Assembly (NCBI RefSeq): GCF_000406145.1 | Contig: NZ_CM001976.1 | Span: 1,087,263-1,119,262 of the forward strand | Source of the DNA: Dickeya dadantii NCPPB 898 | Lineage (GTDB): Bacteria > Pseudomonadota > Gammaproteobacteria > Enterobacterales > Enterobacteriaceae | Direction: 5' to 3' | DNA length: 32,000 nt | Shown: positions 10,377 to 18,477 of the stretch, piece after piece | How positions within the stretch are numbered: the first letter of the stretch is position 1 | Layout: each line of letters opens with the position of its first letter | Notes under the pieces: model-generated | Told to the model about the DNA's origin: nothing | Databases searched by the model: none | The model's input: only the letters and a program-made list of their open reading frames with translations | Made by a program: the position numbers and the translations under genes

Positions 10377-10811
10377 TTATTCAGAAGCGGGGTGAGCAAA
10401 AGCGTTAAGCGTGTCGCGAAGCTGAGTCAGCTCTTCTTCAGTAAGCTGACAGACCGACTTTATTTTTCCGGTAATGCTCCAGAGCTCGTCATGAAGTGCC
10501 TCGCCGGCTTCGGTGAGTGTTATCAGCACGCGTCGCTCGTCGCTCGTATCGCGTGTGCGTTGTACCCTACCGGCGGTTTCAAGCCGTTTCAGAAGCGGTG
10601 TGATGGTGCCCGTATCCATCCCCAGTTTGTTGCCCAGTTCGCCTACGGTTCGTGGTGTCCGGTTAAACAGTTCAAGCATCACAAGGTACTGCGGAAAGGT
10701 CAGCCCGAGCGGATCGAGGAAGATCTTGTGCATCCGGTTCATCCGGTTGGCTGCGCCGTATAACGCAAAGGAGAGTTCGGTGCCGATTTCCCGGCGATGT
10801 TTATTGTTCAT
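10377..10811 (-). CDS. MarR-family (OhrR-like) transcriptional regulator
   Basis: The 144-aa ORF has the winged-helix core LTFPQYLVMLELFN..PRTVGELGNKLGMDTGTITPLLKRLETAGRVQRTRDTSDERRVLITLTEAG. It is the first gene of a three-gene minus-strand operon. Confidence 0.85.
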   Translation of the reverse strand: MNNKHRREIGTELSFALYGAANRMNRMHKIFLDPLGLTFPQYLVMLELFNRTPRTVGELGNKLGMDTGTITPLLKRLETAGRVQRTRDTSDERRVLITLTEAGEALHDELWSITGKIKSVCQLTEEELTQLRDTLNAFAHPASE

Positions 10812-10956
10812 AGAAAAAATCTGTTGAGTGATAATCTAGTGCAATAGATAAATGATAGCAGGCCTAACCGGCTGAATAAAATATCTGCTATAGGTAATTT
10901 GTGCGATAGCCTGAAAGAGCCAGGTTCATTGGCCGTTAAGATTCATCATCCCCGGC

Positions 10957-10986
10957 GTTTCCGATGTGAATGTTTCCGATGTGAAT
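10957..10986. repeat. Perfect tandem duplication, 2 x 15 nt (GTTTCCGATGTGAAT)
   Basis: Read directly: 10957-10971 equals 10972-10986. It lies in a non-coding stretch between the MarR and AraC genes. Confidence 0.95.
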
Positions 10987-11068
10987 ATTGAGCAGAAAAA
11001 AGCGTAGGGCATTGGATCAACCAGAAAGACCCCAACGCGCTTTGCCGGCCGTCGGCGAAGAGGGCAAC

Positions 11069-11098
11069 CCCACTCTTGGCGAACCCACTCTTGGCGAA
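11069..11098. repeat. Perfect tandem duplication, 2 x 15 nt (CCCACTCTTGGCGAA)
   Basis: Read directly: 11069-11083 equals 11084-11098. It lies about 100 nt from the first 15-nt duplication. Confidence 0.95.
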
Positions 11099-11314
11099 CG
11101 AGTGTGAGACGGGCGAGCACGGGCGCTTCGAAAGCTGGAGGACCGGTTTTTGCAAGCGGCCAGCGCGGGGGAACTCGCGGCTTCGGTGAATATTAACGGG
11201 CTTGCACGTTATGTGCTGGCGGTACAAGTCGGCATGGCACCAGCCGTGCTGAGCTTGAGAATGTTGCCCGGTACGCCATGCCGGGATGGGGCGCCTGGGC
11301 GTAGGCCGCGCGCA

Positions 11315-12157
11315 TCAACCGCGCAACGCCGACGGCACTACGCCGAAGCGGCGGCGGAAAGCCGCGGTGAATTTGCTGTGGGATTCATAGCCGACATCAA
11401 GGGCGATGGCGGCGACCGGTCGATCGGATGATTGCAGTAGTACCATCGCCGCTTCCAGCCGGGTTTCCCGTACGCAGGCGGCGATGGTGTTGCCTTCCAG
11501 CGCCAGCCGGCGGTTCAGGGTGCTGGCGGTGGTGGACAGCGCTTGCGCTACCCGGTCCGCCGACCAGTGGTCATACGGACGCTGCGCTACCAGCCGCCGC
11601 ACCCGTTCGCTCCAGTTCAGCGCGCCCGGCGGCGTCAGCACAACGCCGGACTGCTCCGCCAGCAAGAGCAACACTTCCAGCACCCGATGCTCGCCGAGCG
11701 CCGCTGAACAAGCGGCATCACTTAGCGCATCGGCGGCGCGCAAAAACGCGGCTCCTATCGTGCGGCCGTCCGTTACTTTGGCCACGTTTCGCACCGGTTC
11801 CAGCGCGGCGAACTGACCAAACGACTGGTAAAAGCGCGCTATCGTTTCAGGTTGCAGGTTTAGAATCCGCGCCACATAGCGCCCCTGCGGCGCCGGGTCG
11901 TTGATCACATCCCATTGGGTGCCGCGCGGCAGGATGAACAGTTCGCCGGAGGTAAAAACGCTGCTGCCTGCCGGCGTCAGCAACTGCTTGGTTCCGGAAA
12001 CGACCAGACCAATCAGGTCGGTACGCATCACCACCGTACGCAGCGTATACTGACTGCGGGCGATAATCTGATGGGCAAGCGACGGGCCCGCAGGCGTATG
12101 ACGGGGTATCGGCTCGGCCGAATGCGTCAGGGGCAGGTTGAGGTCGGTAAGTGTCAT
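11315..12157 (-). CDS. AraC-family transcriptional regulator (N-terminal cupin-like domain plus C-terminal HTH)
   Basis: The C-terminus (...WSADRVAQALSTTASTLNRRLALEGNTIAACVRETRLEAAMVLLQSSDRPVAAIALDVGYESHSKFTAAFRRRFGVVPS) is a typical AraC double HTH. The start is taken at the internal ATG 12157 (MTLTDLNL...). The ORF-track start at 12262 would overlap the divergent gene's leader. Confidence 0.8.
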   Translation of the reverse strand: MTLTDLNLPLTHSAEPIPRHTPAGPSLAHQIIARSQYTLRTVVMRTDLIGLVVSGTKQLLTPAGSSVFTSGELFILPRGTQWDVINDPAPQGRYVARILNLQPETIARFYQSFGQFAALEPVRNVAKVTDGRTIGAAFLRAADALSDAACSAALGEHRVLEVLLLLAEQSGVVLTPPGALNWSERVRRLVAQRPYDHWSADRVAQALSTTASTLNRRLALEGNTIAACVRETRLEAAMVLLQSSDRPVAAIALDVGYESHSKFTAAFRRRFGVVPSALRG

Positions 12158-12341
12158 CCGGCATCCGTGGTGAAAATGGAACAGAGGTTGCGCGAGGCGG
12201 AACAGTGGGAAGGGCGCCGGCGCGCTACCATTGGCAGCACAGTTCAGTCTGTGTTCTGACATTCATCCCCGCTATCGCCGTCATGCGCGGCATGGCGATG
12301 GATGGCCAGCCAAGCCTACCATGAGTCACAGGAATACTACT

Positions 12342-12920
12342 ATGAAAACGGGTTTACCCCTGATTCGCGTCTGCGCGCCGCTGTTCGCCGGTTTATTTAT
12401 GAACGTTGCGGCGCACGCGGAGACCCTGACGCTCTCCAGCCCGACTATCGCCCCCAATAGCACGCTGCCAGCCAGCTTTGAGTTCAACGGTTTCGGCTGT
12501 AACGGCTTGAATCAGTCTCCTGCTCTTAACTGGCGTGGCGCGCCGACGGGTACCCAGAGTTTTGCCGTTACCGTTTATGATCCGGATGCGCCGACCGGTT
12601 CCGGTTGGTGGCACTGGATGGTGTTCAATATTCCGGCGAATGTGAACGGCCTTGCCGCTAACGCCGGCGAAATTGGCGGTAAACGCCTGCCAGCCGGCGC
12701 GCGTCAGGCGCGTATCGACTACGGGGTAGAGGCCTGGGGCGGCGTTTGTCCGCCGGCGGGCGACAAACCGCACCGCTACATCTTTACCGTCTACGCGCTG
12801 AAGACCAAAACGCTGGATGTTGCTAAAGAGGCCAATCCGGCGCTTGGCGGCTACATGATTAATGCCAATACGCTGGCTAAAGCCAGTTTCACCGCTTACT
12901 ACGGCCGTCCGGCGCAGTAA
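12342..12920 (+). CDS. YbhB/YbcL-family (PEBP / Raf-kinase-inhibitor-like) periplasmic protein
   Basis: ATG at 12342 follows AGGAA. A signal peptide is present (MKTGLPLIRVCAPLFAGLFMNVAAHA|E). PEBP motifs YDPDAPTGSGWWHW and CPP.GDKPHRYIFTVYAL are present. Confidence 0.85.
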   Translation: MKTGLPLIRVCAPLFAGLFMNVAAHAETLTLSSPTIAPNSTLPASFEFNGFGCNGLNQSPALNWRGAPTGTQSFAVTVYDPDAPTGSGWWHWMVFNIPANVNGLAANAGEIGGKRLPAGARQARIDYGVEAWGGVCPPAGDKPHRYIFTVYALKTKTLDVAKEANPALGGYMINANTLAKASFTAYYGRPAQ

Positions 12921-12949
12921 CCGTTTGAGAGGTTGGTCGCTGCTCTTGG

Positions 12950-12980
12950 CGCTCTCCGCCGCGCAGCGGAGAGCGATTTT
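12950..12980 (+). terminator. Rho-independent terminator after the PEBP gene
   Basis: A 10-bp GC-rich stem (CGCTCTCCGC 12950-12959 with GCGGAGAGCG 12966-12975) has a 6-nt loop and is followed by ATTTT. Confidence 0.7.
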
Positions 12981-13087
12981 CCTGTCACACCGCCTGATAT
13001 TTATCGACTTTTCGCATCAAACACCGTCATTCATCAAGCCCTGTGCCTGATGGGACGGTGTTCGGTTTTATCGTTACGTTGTGCGGC

Positions 13088-14014
13088 TTAAGCGTGCTGA
13101 CGTCGCCAGGCCTCAATCACGGCTTTCGCCACATACAGGTCCTGAATCGCCAGGCCGGAACTGTCGAAAACGGTGATGTCAGACGCCGCTTCACGGCCGG
13201 TGATGTTGCCGGAAAGCACATCGCCAATGGCGAAAACGGCTTTATCGTCGCCCGCGTGCTGGAATTCGCCAATACGGCGGGATTGCGCCGGCAGATCGCA
13301 GAACAATTTGCCGGCCGCCAGCAATTCGACAGGCAGCTCTTGTTTGCCGGCGGCGTCCGACCCCATTGAGGAGACGTGCGTGCCGGGGCGGACCCAGGCG
13401 GCATCAAAGAGCGGCGCTCTGGCGGTGGTGGCGGTAATGATAATGTCCGCCGCCCGACAGGCCGCTTCCGCCTGACACGCCCGCGCCGGCAGCGCGTTGG
13501 CGCGCAGAGCGTCCACCATATTTTGGGTGGCGGCGTCGGAACGGCCGACCACGAGAATCTCTTTAATCGGGCGGATGCGCGCTACCGCTTCAACCTCGTA
13601 GCGTGCCTGATGACCGGTGCCGAAAACCGCCAGCACCGAGGCGTCGGCACGCGCCAGCACATCGGTGGCAACCGCATCGGCGGCTGCGGTGCGATAGGCG
13701 TTAAGCGTTCCAGCTTCTACCGCTGAGTCGATAACTCCTCTCGACTGGTCGAAAAGAAAAATGATCGAGTTATGGCACGGCAGCCCGTCGGCCAGGTTTC
13801 CCGGCCAGTAAGAACCTACTTTCAGCCCTGCCAGCTCCGGCGTGGCGCCTGACTTCACGGTAAACCGGTTGCCGGGATCGGAACCATGACCGTGGACGAC
13901 GGGGAAGTTGGCGGTGGCGGGATGCACCGCATCGATCAGCGCGGCACGCACCGCCTCATAGGCCATCGCGTGACTGGCTAATGTTGCACTGTCTTTCTCA
14001 TTGATTAAAAACAT
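13088..14014 (-). CDS. Ornithine cyclodeaminase / mu-crystallin family enzyme
   Basis: Start is taken at ATG 14014 (MFLINEKDSATL...), giving 308 aa. The Rossmann signature VFGTGHQARYEVEAV and overall length are typical of the OCD family. The long ORF-track N-terminus (to 14374) overlaps the upstream gene and is rejected. Confidence 0.85.
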   Translation of the reverse strand: MFLINEKDSATLASHAMAYEAVRAALIDAVHPATANFPVVHGHGSDPGNRFTVKSGATPELAGLKVGSYWPGNLADGLPCHNSIIFLFDQSRGVIDSAVEAGTLNAYRTAAADAVATDVLARADASVLAVFGTGHQARYEVEAVARIRPIKEILVVGRSDAATQNMVDALRANALPARACQAEAACRAADIIITATTARAPLFDAAWVRPGTHVSSMGSDAAGKQELPVELLAAGKLFCDLPAQSRRIGEFQHAGDDKAVFAIGDVLSGNITGREAASDITVFDSSGLAIQDLYVAKAVIEAWRRQHA

Positions 14015-14024
14015 GATTGCTACC

Positions 14025-15170
14025 TCACCATCCACCGAAACGTGACCATTGCGACAGCGGCGCGTCCGCTTGCGCAGGAATAACCTGATAGGCGCCGAAC
14101 TGGCCTGCCGTCGCGCAGGCGTGATTCGGCAGAACGCGCAGCCGCGTGCCGACCGGCAGATCCGGCAACGGTCTGTCGCTGCCGGGGCGCAATGCAATAA
14201 TGCCGTGCTCCTGATTGACCGCGGTGACGATAAGATCGGGGATGATCTTGCCGTGGTCATCGCAGACGAGGCCGTATCCCTGATCGACCGCCTGATTCGC
14301 GGTGCCGCGATCGCGCGAGAGCGCCATCCAGCCGGCATCGACCATGATCCAGCCGCGCGCGGCCTGATGACCAATAACGGTGGTCAGCACGGACAGGGCG
14401 ATATCGTCGGTTCGGCATACGCCGATCCCGGCCATCACCAGATCGAAAAAGACGTAGACGCCAGCCCGCACTTCGGTCACGCCGGCCAGATTGCGGGCGG
14501 CGTGTGCGGTGGGCGTTGAACCGACGCTGACGATGGGGCAAGGCAAGCCGGCCTGACGCAGGTTGTCGGCCGCGGTCACCGCCGCGCTACGCTCCTGTTC
14601 GGCGAACGCCGCGTGGGCGCCGGCGCCGGCCACGCCGTAGCTTTCTCCCGCATGTGTCAGTACGCCCCGCAGCAATCCGCCGCCGTCGTGCAGCACGCGA
14701 CCGATCGCAATCAGCGACGGCGATGCCGGCGGCAGACCGCTGCGGTGGCCGTCACTGTCGACCTCAAGCAGCGCTGGGATGCTGACGCCGGAGGCGCGAG
14801 ACGCATCGACAACCGCTTGTGCCTGCTCCATCGAGTCCAGCAGTACGGTCAGGTCGCAACCGGCTTTTATCAAATCGATGACGCGGGCCAGCTTCTGCGG
14901 CGCAATGCCCACCGCGTACAGGATGTCTCTGATGCCGGATTCGAAGAACACTTCCGCCTCACGCAGCGTCGAAACGGTCGCCGGCCCGGTGCCGCCGGTG
15001 AGCAGCCGACGGGCGACATCCACCGACTTTGCCGTTTTCAGGTGGGGGCGTAAGGTGATGCCGGCGAGTTCCGGGCGGTCACGCAGGCGCGCGATATTGG
15101 CCAGCATGATTTTTTCGTCGAGTACGAGCGAGGGAGTGGGTAAAGCCGATAGCCGATCGGTCAATGTCAT
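14025..15170 (-). CDS. PLP-dependent D-serine-dehydratase-like / D-threonine-aldolase-like enzyme (DSD1 family; alanine-racemase N-domain fold)
   Basis: Start is taken at ATG 15170 (MTLTDRLSALPTPSLVLDEKIMLANIARL...). The PLP-lysine motif LRPHLKTAKS and the C-terminal G.RLRVLPNHACATAG are characteristic of the family. The stop lies 10 nt before the OCD-family gene start, so the two form an operon. Confidence 0.8.
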   Translation of the reverse strand: MTLTDRLSALPTPSLVLDEKIMLANIARLRDRPELAGITLRPHLKTAKSVDVARRLLTGGTGPATVSTLREAEVFFESGIRDILYAVGIAPQKLARVIDLIKAGCDLTVLLDSMEQAQAVVDASRASGVSIPALLEVDSDGHRSGLPPASPSLIAIGRVLHDGGGLLRGVLTHAGESYGVAGAGAHAAFAEQERSAAVTAADNLRQAGLPCPIVSVGSTPTAHAARNLAGVTEVRAGVYVFFDLVMAGIGVCRTDDIALSVLTTVIGHQAARGWIMVDAGWMALSRDRGTANQAVDQGYGLVCDDHGKIIPDLIVTAVNQEHGIIALRPGSDRPLPDLPVGTRLRVLPNHACATAGQFGAYQVIPAQADAPLSQWSRFGGW

Positions 15171-15271
15171 GGCGTGGTTCTCATTTTTGCTCTGTCGGTA
15201 TGAGATTTTTACCCTGCCGCCATTTAGAATGGAATTTACCAAAACTGCATCTGTTATTAAGACTGACATTA

Positions 15272-16183
15272 ATGATCACCTCCCGGGACCTGCATTTCTT
15301 TTCCGTTCTTGCCGGCGCTTCTTCGCTGGCTGCGGCCGCGCGAGCGCTGGATGTGACGGCGCCGGCCGTGACGCAACGCCTGCAGGCGCTGGAACAGCGT
15401 CTGGGGGTGCAACTTGTCGATCGTTCCAGCCATCGCTACCACCTGACGGCGGAAGGCGCCTTGCTGGCGGAGAAGGGCGCCGATGTTTTGGATCAAATCG
15501 AGGGGATCGCGGCCTTGCTTGCCGAGCGGCGAAATGAGGTGATCGGCCCGTTGAGGGTGCTGGCGCCGCTGGGGTTTGGGCGCGCCTATGTGGCGGAGGC
15601 GGTGACGCGCATGTGTCGACAGTTTCCAACCATCGAACCCTCGCTGATGCTGTCGGATGCGCCGATTGGTACGCTGGATATTGATGACTGGGATGTGTTG
15701 ATTCATGTCGGTCCGTTGACCGATTCCAGCCTGGCGCTGCGGCCGCTGGCGCCCAACCGCCGTATTCTGTGCGCCGCGCCGGATTATCTGGCGCAACACG
15801 GTATGCCCACGCATCCGATGGATCTTCCCCGCCATGTGTGCGGCGTGCTGCGGGAAGACCGGGCGGATGCGTCGTTGTGGGGATTCGCTCGTCGCGACGA
15901 TGGCGAGACAAAGACCGTGCGTATCAGGCCCGTCTTTACCAGCAATGACGGTGAGGTAGTCAGGAACTGGGCCGTCGCCGGGCTTTGCCTGATTCAGCGC
16001 TCCGAATGGGCGATCGCCGACGACCTGAAAGCCGGGCGTCTGGTCGAGGTGATGCCTGACTGGCGCCTGCCAAACGCGGATGTCGTCGCTCTGCTCGGGC
16101 CTCGTGCCGGGCGCGCGGCCCGTATGGAGCGGTTCGTTGAAATACTGAAAGCGTTACTGGCTCCGGTCCCCTGGCGCGCGTAG
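15272..16183 (+). CDS. LysR-family transcriptional regulator, divergent from the DSD1-like/OCD operon
   Basis: ATG at 15272 (MITSRDLHFFSVLAGASSLAAAARALDVTAPAVTQRLQALEQRLGVQLVDRS) gives an N-terminal LysR HTH plus a substrate-binding domain. A 101-nt divergent intergenic region contains the palindrome CCATT-TAG-AATGG (15220-15232). Confidence 0.85.
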   Translation: MITSRDLHFFSVLAGASSLAAAARALDVTAPAVTQRLQALEQRLGVQLVDRSSHRYHLTAEGALLAEKGADVLDQIEGIAALLAERRNEVIGPLRVLAPLGFGRAYVAEAVTRMCRQFPTIEPSLMLSDAPIGTLDIDDWDVLIHVGPLTDSSLALRPLAPNRRILCAAPDYLAQHGMPTHPMDLPRHVCGVLREDRADASLWGFARRDDGETKTVRIRPVFTSNDGEVVRNWAVAGLCLIQRSEWAIADDLKAGRLVEVMPDWRLPNADVVALLGPRAGRAARMERFVEILKALLAPVPWRA

Positions 16184-16237
16184 CGATACGTACGCGGAAT
16201 CATTGTCTAGGCCGGTGCGCGATTCAAACGCATCAGG

Positions 16238-17449
16238 CTATATCGCTTTGTCCTTTGGTTTATTGGTCGGACAGAATTTGCTGGTCAGACACAAATAGAG
16301 GACGAAGAACGCCATAATCGCCAGCGAGACGATATTCACCACGCGCCAGCCGCCTTCCCCGCTCATGAACAAGCCTGCCCCCAATGCCGCGATCAGGTTG
16401 AAGGAATAGGTCGCCAGTGAATTGATCCCCTGCAGTTTATGTTTGAGCGTTTCCTCTTTTATGCCGTTAATCAGGAACGTGCCGCCACTGAACATAAAAG
16501 ACCAGCCCAGTCCCACCAACATCAACGAGAGGACGTAACCGGTCATGTCCGTATTGATTAACGCGGTGCCGGTGCCGGCGATGAAAAACAAGGCGCCGAT
16601 AACGATCGTCACCGGTGTGCTCAGGATATTCATCAGCAACGGTAAACACAGCGCCGGCGCGTACATGGCGAAGAAATGCCATTGCAGCACCGTTGCGCTC
16701 GCATGGATATCAAAATGATGATGAGACATCGCCAGCGGCGTCGAATTCATGATCAGGGTCATGATGGCGAATCCGACCGCGCAGCTGACGGTGCCGGTTA
16801 TAAAGGCCGGCGATCGCAGCGCTGCCGGGTAATGCGTGTTACCCGGCGCGCCGGTCCGCATCGCGGGCGAGGGCGTGGTATGCGGCAGATTGATAAAATT
16901 TTGCGTCGCCAGCACCAGTAAAAAAATGACGGCGGCGATAAGAAAGGCGCCCAGATACGGATAGCGGTCAAACATCATGATGCCGTGCCCGGCGACGAAG
17001 GGACCTAAAAAACCGCCGATGACGCCGCTGCCAATCACCAGCGAGGTCGCTTTTTTATTCCTGGCGTCATTGTCCGACACTTCGGCGGCGGCGAAACGAT
17101 AATACTGGTTGAATACCGTGGCGCCTCCCAGAATCAACGTGGACAAGGTAAATAAGGTAAAAGAGCGGTAATACAGTGCAATCGCGGCCAGCACGCTGCC
17201 GATAAGCCCGATGAGGCCGCCGATCAAAAATGCCGTTCTTCTGCCGTATTGGCTCATCAGCGAAGAGACGAAATAGACCATCAGCGTGGAGCCGCATACG
17301 GTGGCGGTGACGGGTAAGGTGGCGAGAGAGGGAACCGGGGACAGACTTTTGCCCGCCAGGGTAGAGGTCAACGTCAGTAAAGAAACGATGGAGCCGGTTA
17401 ACCCTTGCCCGATGAACAGCAGAATAATATTGCGATACCCTTTTTTCAT
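16238..17449 (-). CDS. MFS transporter
   Basis: The 403-aa ORF is strongly hydrophobic with about 12 predicted helices and a short polar loop in the middle. It is divergent from the isocyanide-synthase gene across the AT-rich region. Confidence 0.85.
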   Translation of the reverse strand: MKKGYRNIILLFIGQGLTGSIVSLLTLTSTLAGKSLSPVPSLATLPVTATVCGSTLMVYFVSSLMSQYGRRTAFLIGGLIGLIGSVLAAIALYYRSFTLFTLSTLILGGATVFNQYYRFAAAEVSDNDARNKKATSLVIGSGVIGGFLGPFVAGHGIMMFDRYPYLGAFLIAAVIFLLVLATQNFINLPHTTPSPAMRTGAPGNTHYPAALRSPAFITGTVSCAVGFAIMTLIMNSTPLAMSHHHFDIHASATVLQWHFFAMYAPALCLPLLMNILSTPVTIVIGALFFIAGTGTALINTDMTGYVLSLMLVGLGWSFMFSGGTFLINGIKEETLKHKLQGINSLATYSFNLIAALGAGLFMSGEGGWRVVNIVSLAIMAFFVLYLCLTSKFCPTNKPKDKAI

Positions 17450-17656
17450 ACCACTCTTCCCTTCATCATTGGTTCGCTAATTCTATCCTGACGCTTTCGC
17501 CGATGGCGAGCCGCTTGCTACCGGAAGCGCTGAACCGTTGCGTTGATGATGGGTAAATATATTGTTACAAATATGTGGTGGTGAAATATTAAATTCACGG
17601 GAAATGATTAGCATCAGATGAAATGAATTATTTTCAATGCAGGCGATATCCGAACA

Positions 17657-17690
17657 ATGTTCTGTATACGAAAACGATGTTCTGTATACG
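17657..17690. repeat. Direct repeat, 2 x 14 nt (ATGTTCTGTATACG) with 20-nt period
   Basis: Read directly: 17657-17670 equals 17677-17690. It lies in the AT-rich intergenic region about 210 nt upstream of the MFS start. Confidence 0.9.
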
Positions 17691-18265
17691 GAAAAGGAAA
17701 TTACACTCTATGAGCCTGGTGACGAGTAGTCAGTAATCATAGGGTAATTGGCGGGAAATAAAGGCGACAATAAACGTGTTAAATATCTGAATGCGAATGA
17801 TGTGATGAAAAATGGCTGTTTTTCTGGCTGTTATCCATCAGTTATTTTTGTGGCGACAGCGTTTTGGCTGGTTTTTCTTCGTTCATGAATCGTTTTAGTT
17901 GCCGGATAAGCATGTGGATGGAGAGACGGGATGGAAATTATTTTCTTATTATTTTCTGGTTAAGAAAATAGCTTTGCGACCGGTCGCGTGTATCTTTTAT
18001 GGAAAGTAATAGTCATATTGTAATTCTATTGATTTTTTTATTATAAATTTCGCGTGTAAATAGTTGCAGTAGAGCATTTTCCATTATTCAAAAAAGGTGG
18101 GTTTTATATTCAATAAGTTCTATTGACGACCTAAAAATATCGACTTAAGCTCACAGCGAAATTTCCCGCAGATAAGATATTTTTTCATGCTCTCATTTTT
18201 TGAGAAAAAACCGGATTCTTAATCAAATAACTTGATTAGTAACGGGTGTTATACCCTAAACAATG

Positions 18266-18293
18266 CAAATTGCAGGAAACAAATTGCAGGAAA
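18266..18293. repeat. Perfect tandem repeat, 2 x 14 nt (CAAATTGCAGGAAA)
   Basis: Read directly: 18266-18279 equals 18280-18293. It lies about 185 nt upstream of the isocyanide-synthase start and is a candidate regulator binding site. Confidence 0.9.
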
Positions 18294-18477
18294 ATAGGAA
18301 GCGCGTGAATCCCGATGAGCTTACTCAGGTAAGTGATTTGGGTGAGCGACAAATCGGCGTAAGTCGATTTGAATGCAGCCAACACACCTGCAACGTGAAG
18401 TATGGCGGGTATAACGCCGCCGCGGTACCTGTCATCTGATGTATGACGGGTATAAAACATATATTAAGGTTATTCAG

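Noticed and set aside
10946-11227. A 93-aa minus-strand ORF, plus 10926..11120(-) and 11150..11431(+), in the MarR-AraC intergenic region.
   Set aside because: The sequences merely translate the 15-nt duplications (FAKSGFAKSG, HRKHSHRK), are highly basic, overlap one another and have no ribosome-binding sites.
14015-14374. N-terminal 120-aa extension of the OCD-family ORF (track start 14374). Similar extensions occur at 25087..25365 (GGDEF gene), 2368..2448 (tilS), 12158..12262 (AraC), 15171..15269 (DSD1-like) and 29359..29448 (LysR).
   Set aside because: The extensions overlap the neighbouring gene or the divergent promoter and are compositionally odd (Arg/Ser/Pro-rich). In each case an internal ATG with a sensible Shine-Dalgarno gives a protein of the expected family length.
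15269-15911. ORFs 15269..15835(-) and 15276..15911(-), each about 190-210 aa.
   Set aside because: They are antisense to the LysR regulator gene, Arg/Pro/Ala-rich, and have no start context. The same reasoning rejects 22828..23640(+), 25306..26085(+), 26611..27297(+), 30561..31211(-) and 31221..31679(-), which overlap the MFS and Sia-like genes.
17601-17637. A Fur-box-like AT-rich stretch (GAAATGATTAGCATCAGATGAAATGAATTATTTTC) upstream of the isonitrile locus. This would be attractive because isonitriles can be metallophores.
   Set aside because: The best alignment to the 19-nt Fur consensus that I could make by eye is only about 10/14 over a partial window. In DNA this AT-rich, that is not distinguishable from background. 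It needs a position-weight-matrix scan or EMSA.
17931-17963. A mini-ORF (MEIIFLLFSG, 10 codons) preceded by GGAGAG in the AT-rich control region, possibly a leader peptide.
   Set aside because: It is too short to evaluate, I identified no attenuator structure downstream, and such mini-ORFs are frequent by chance.
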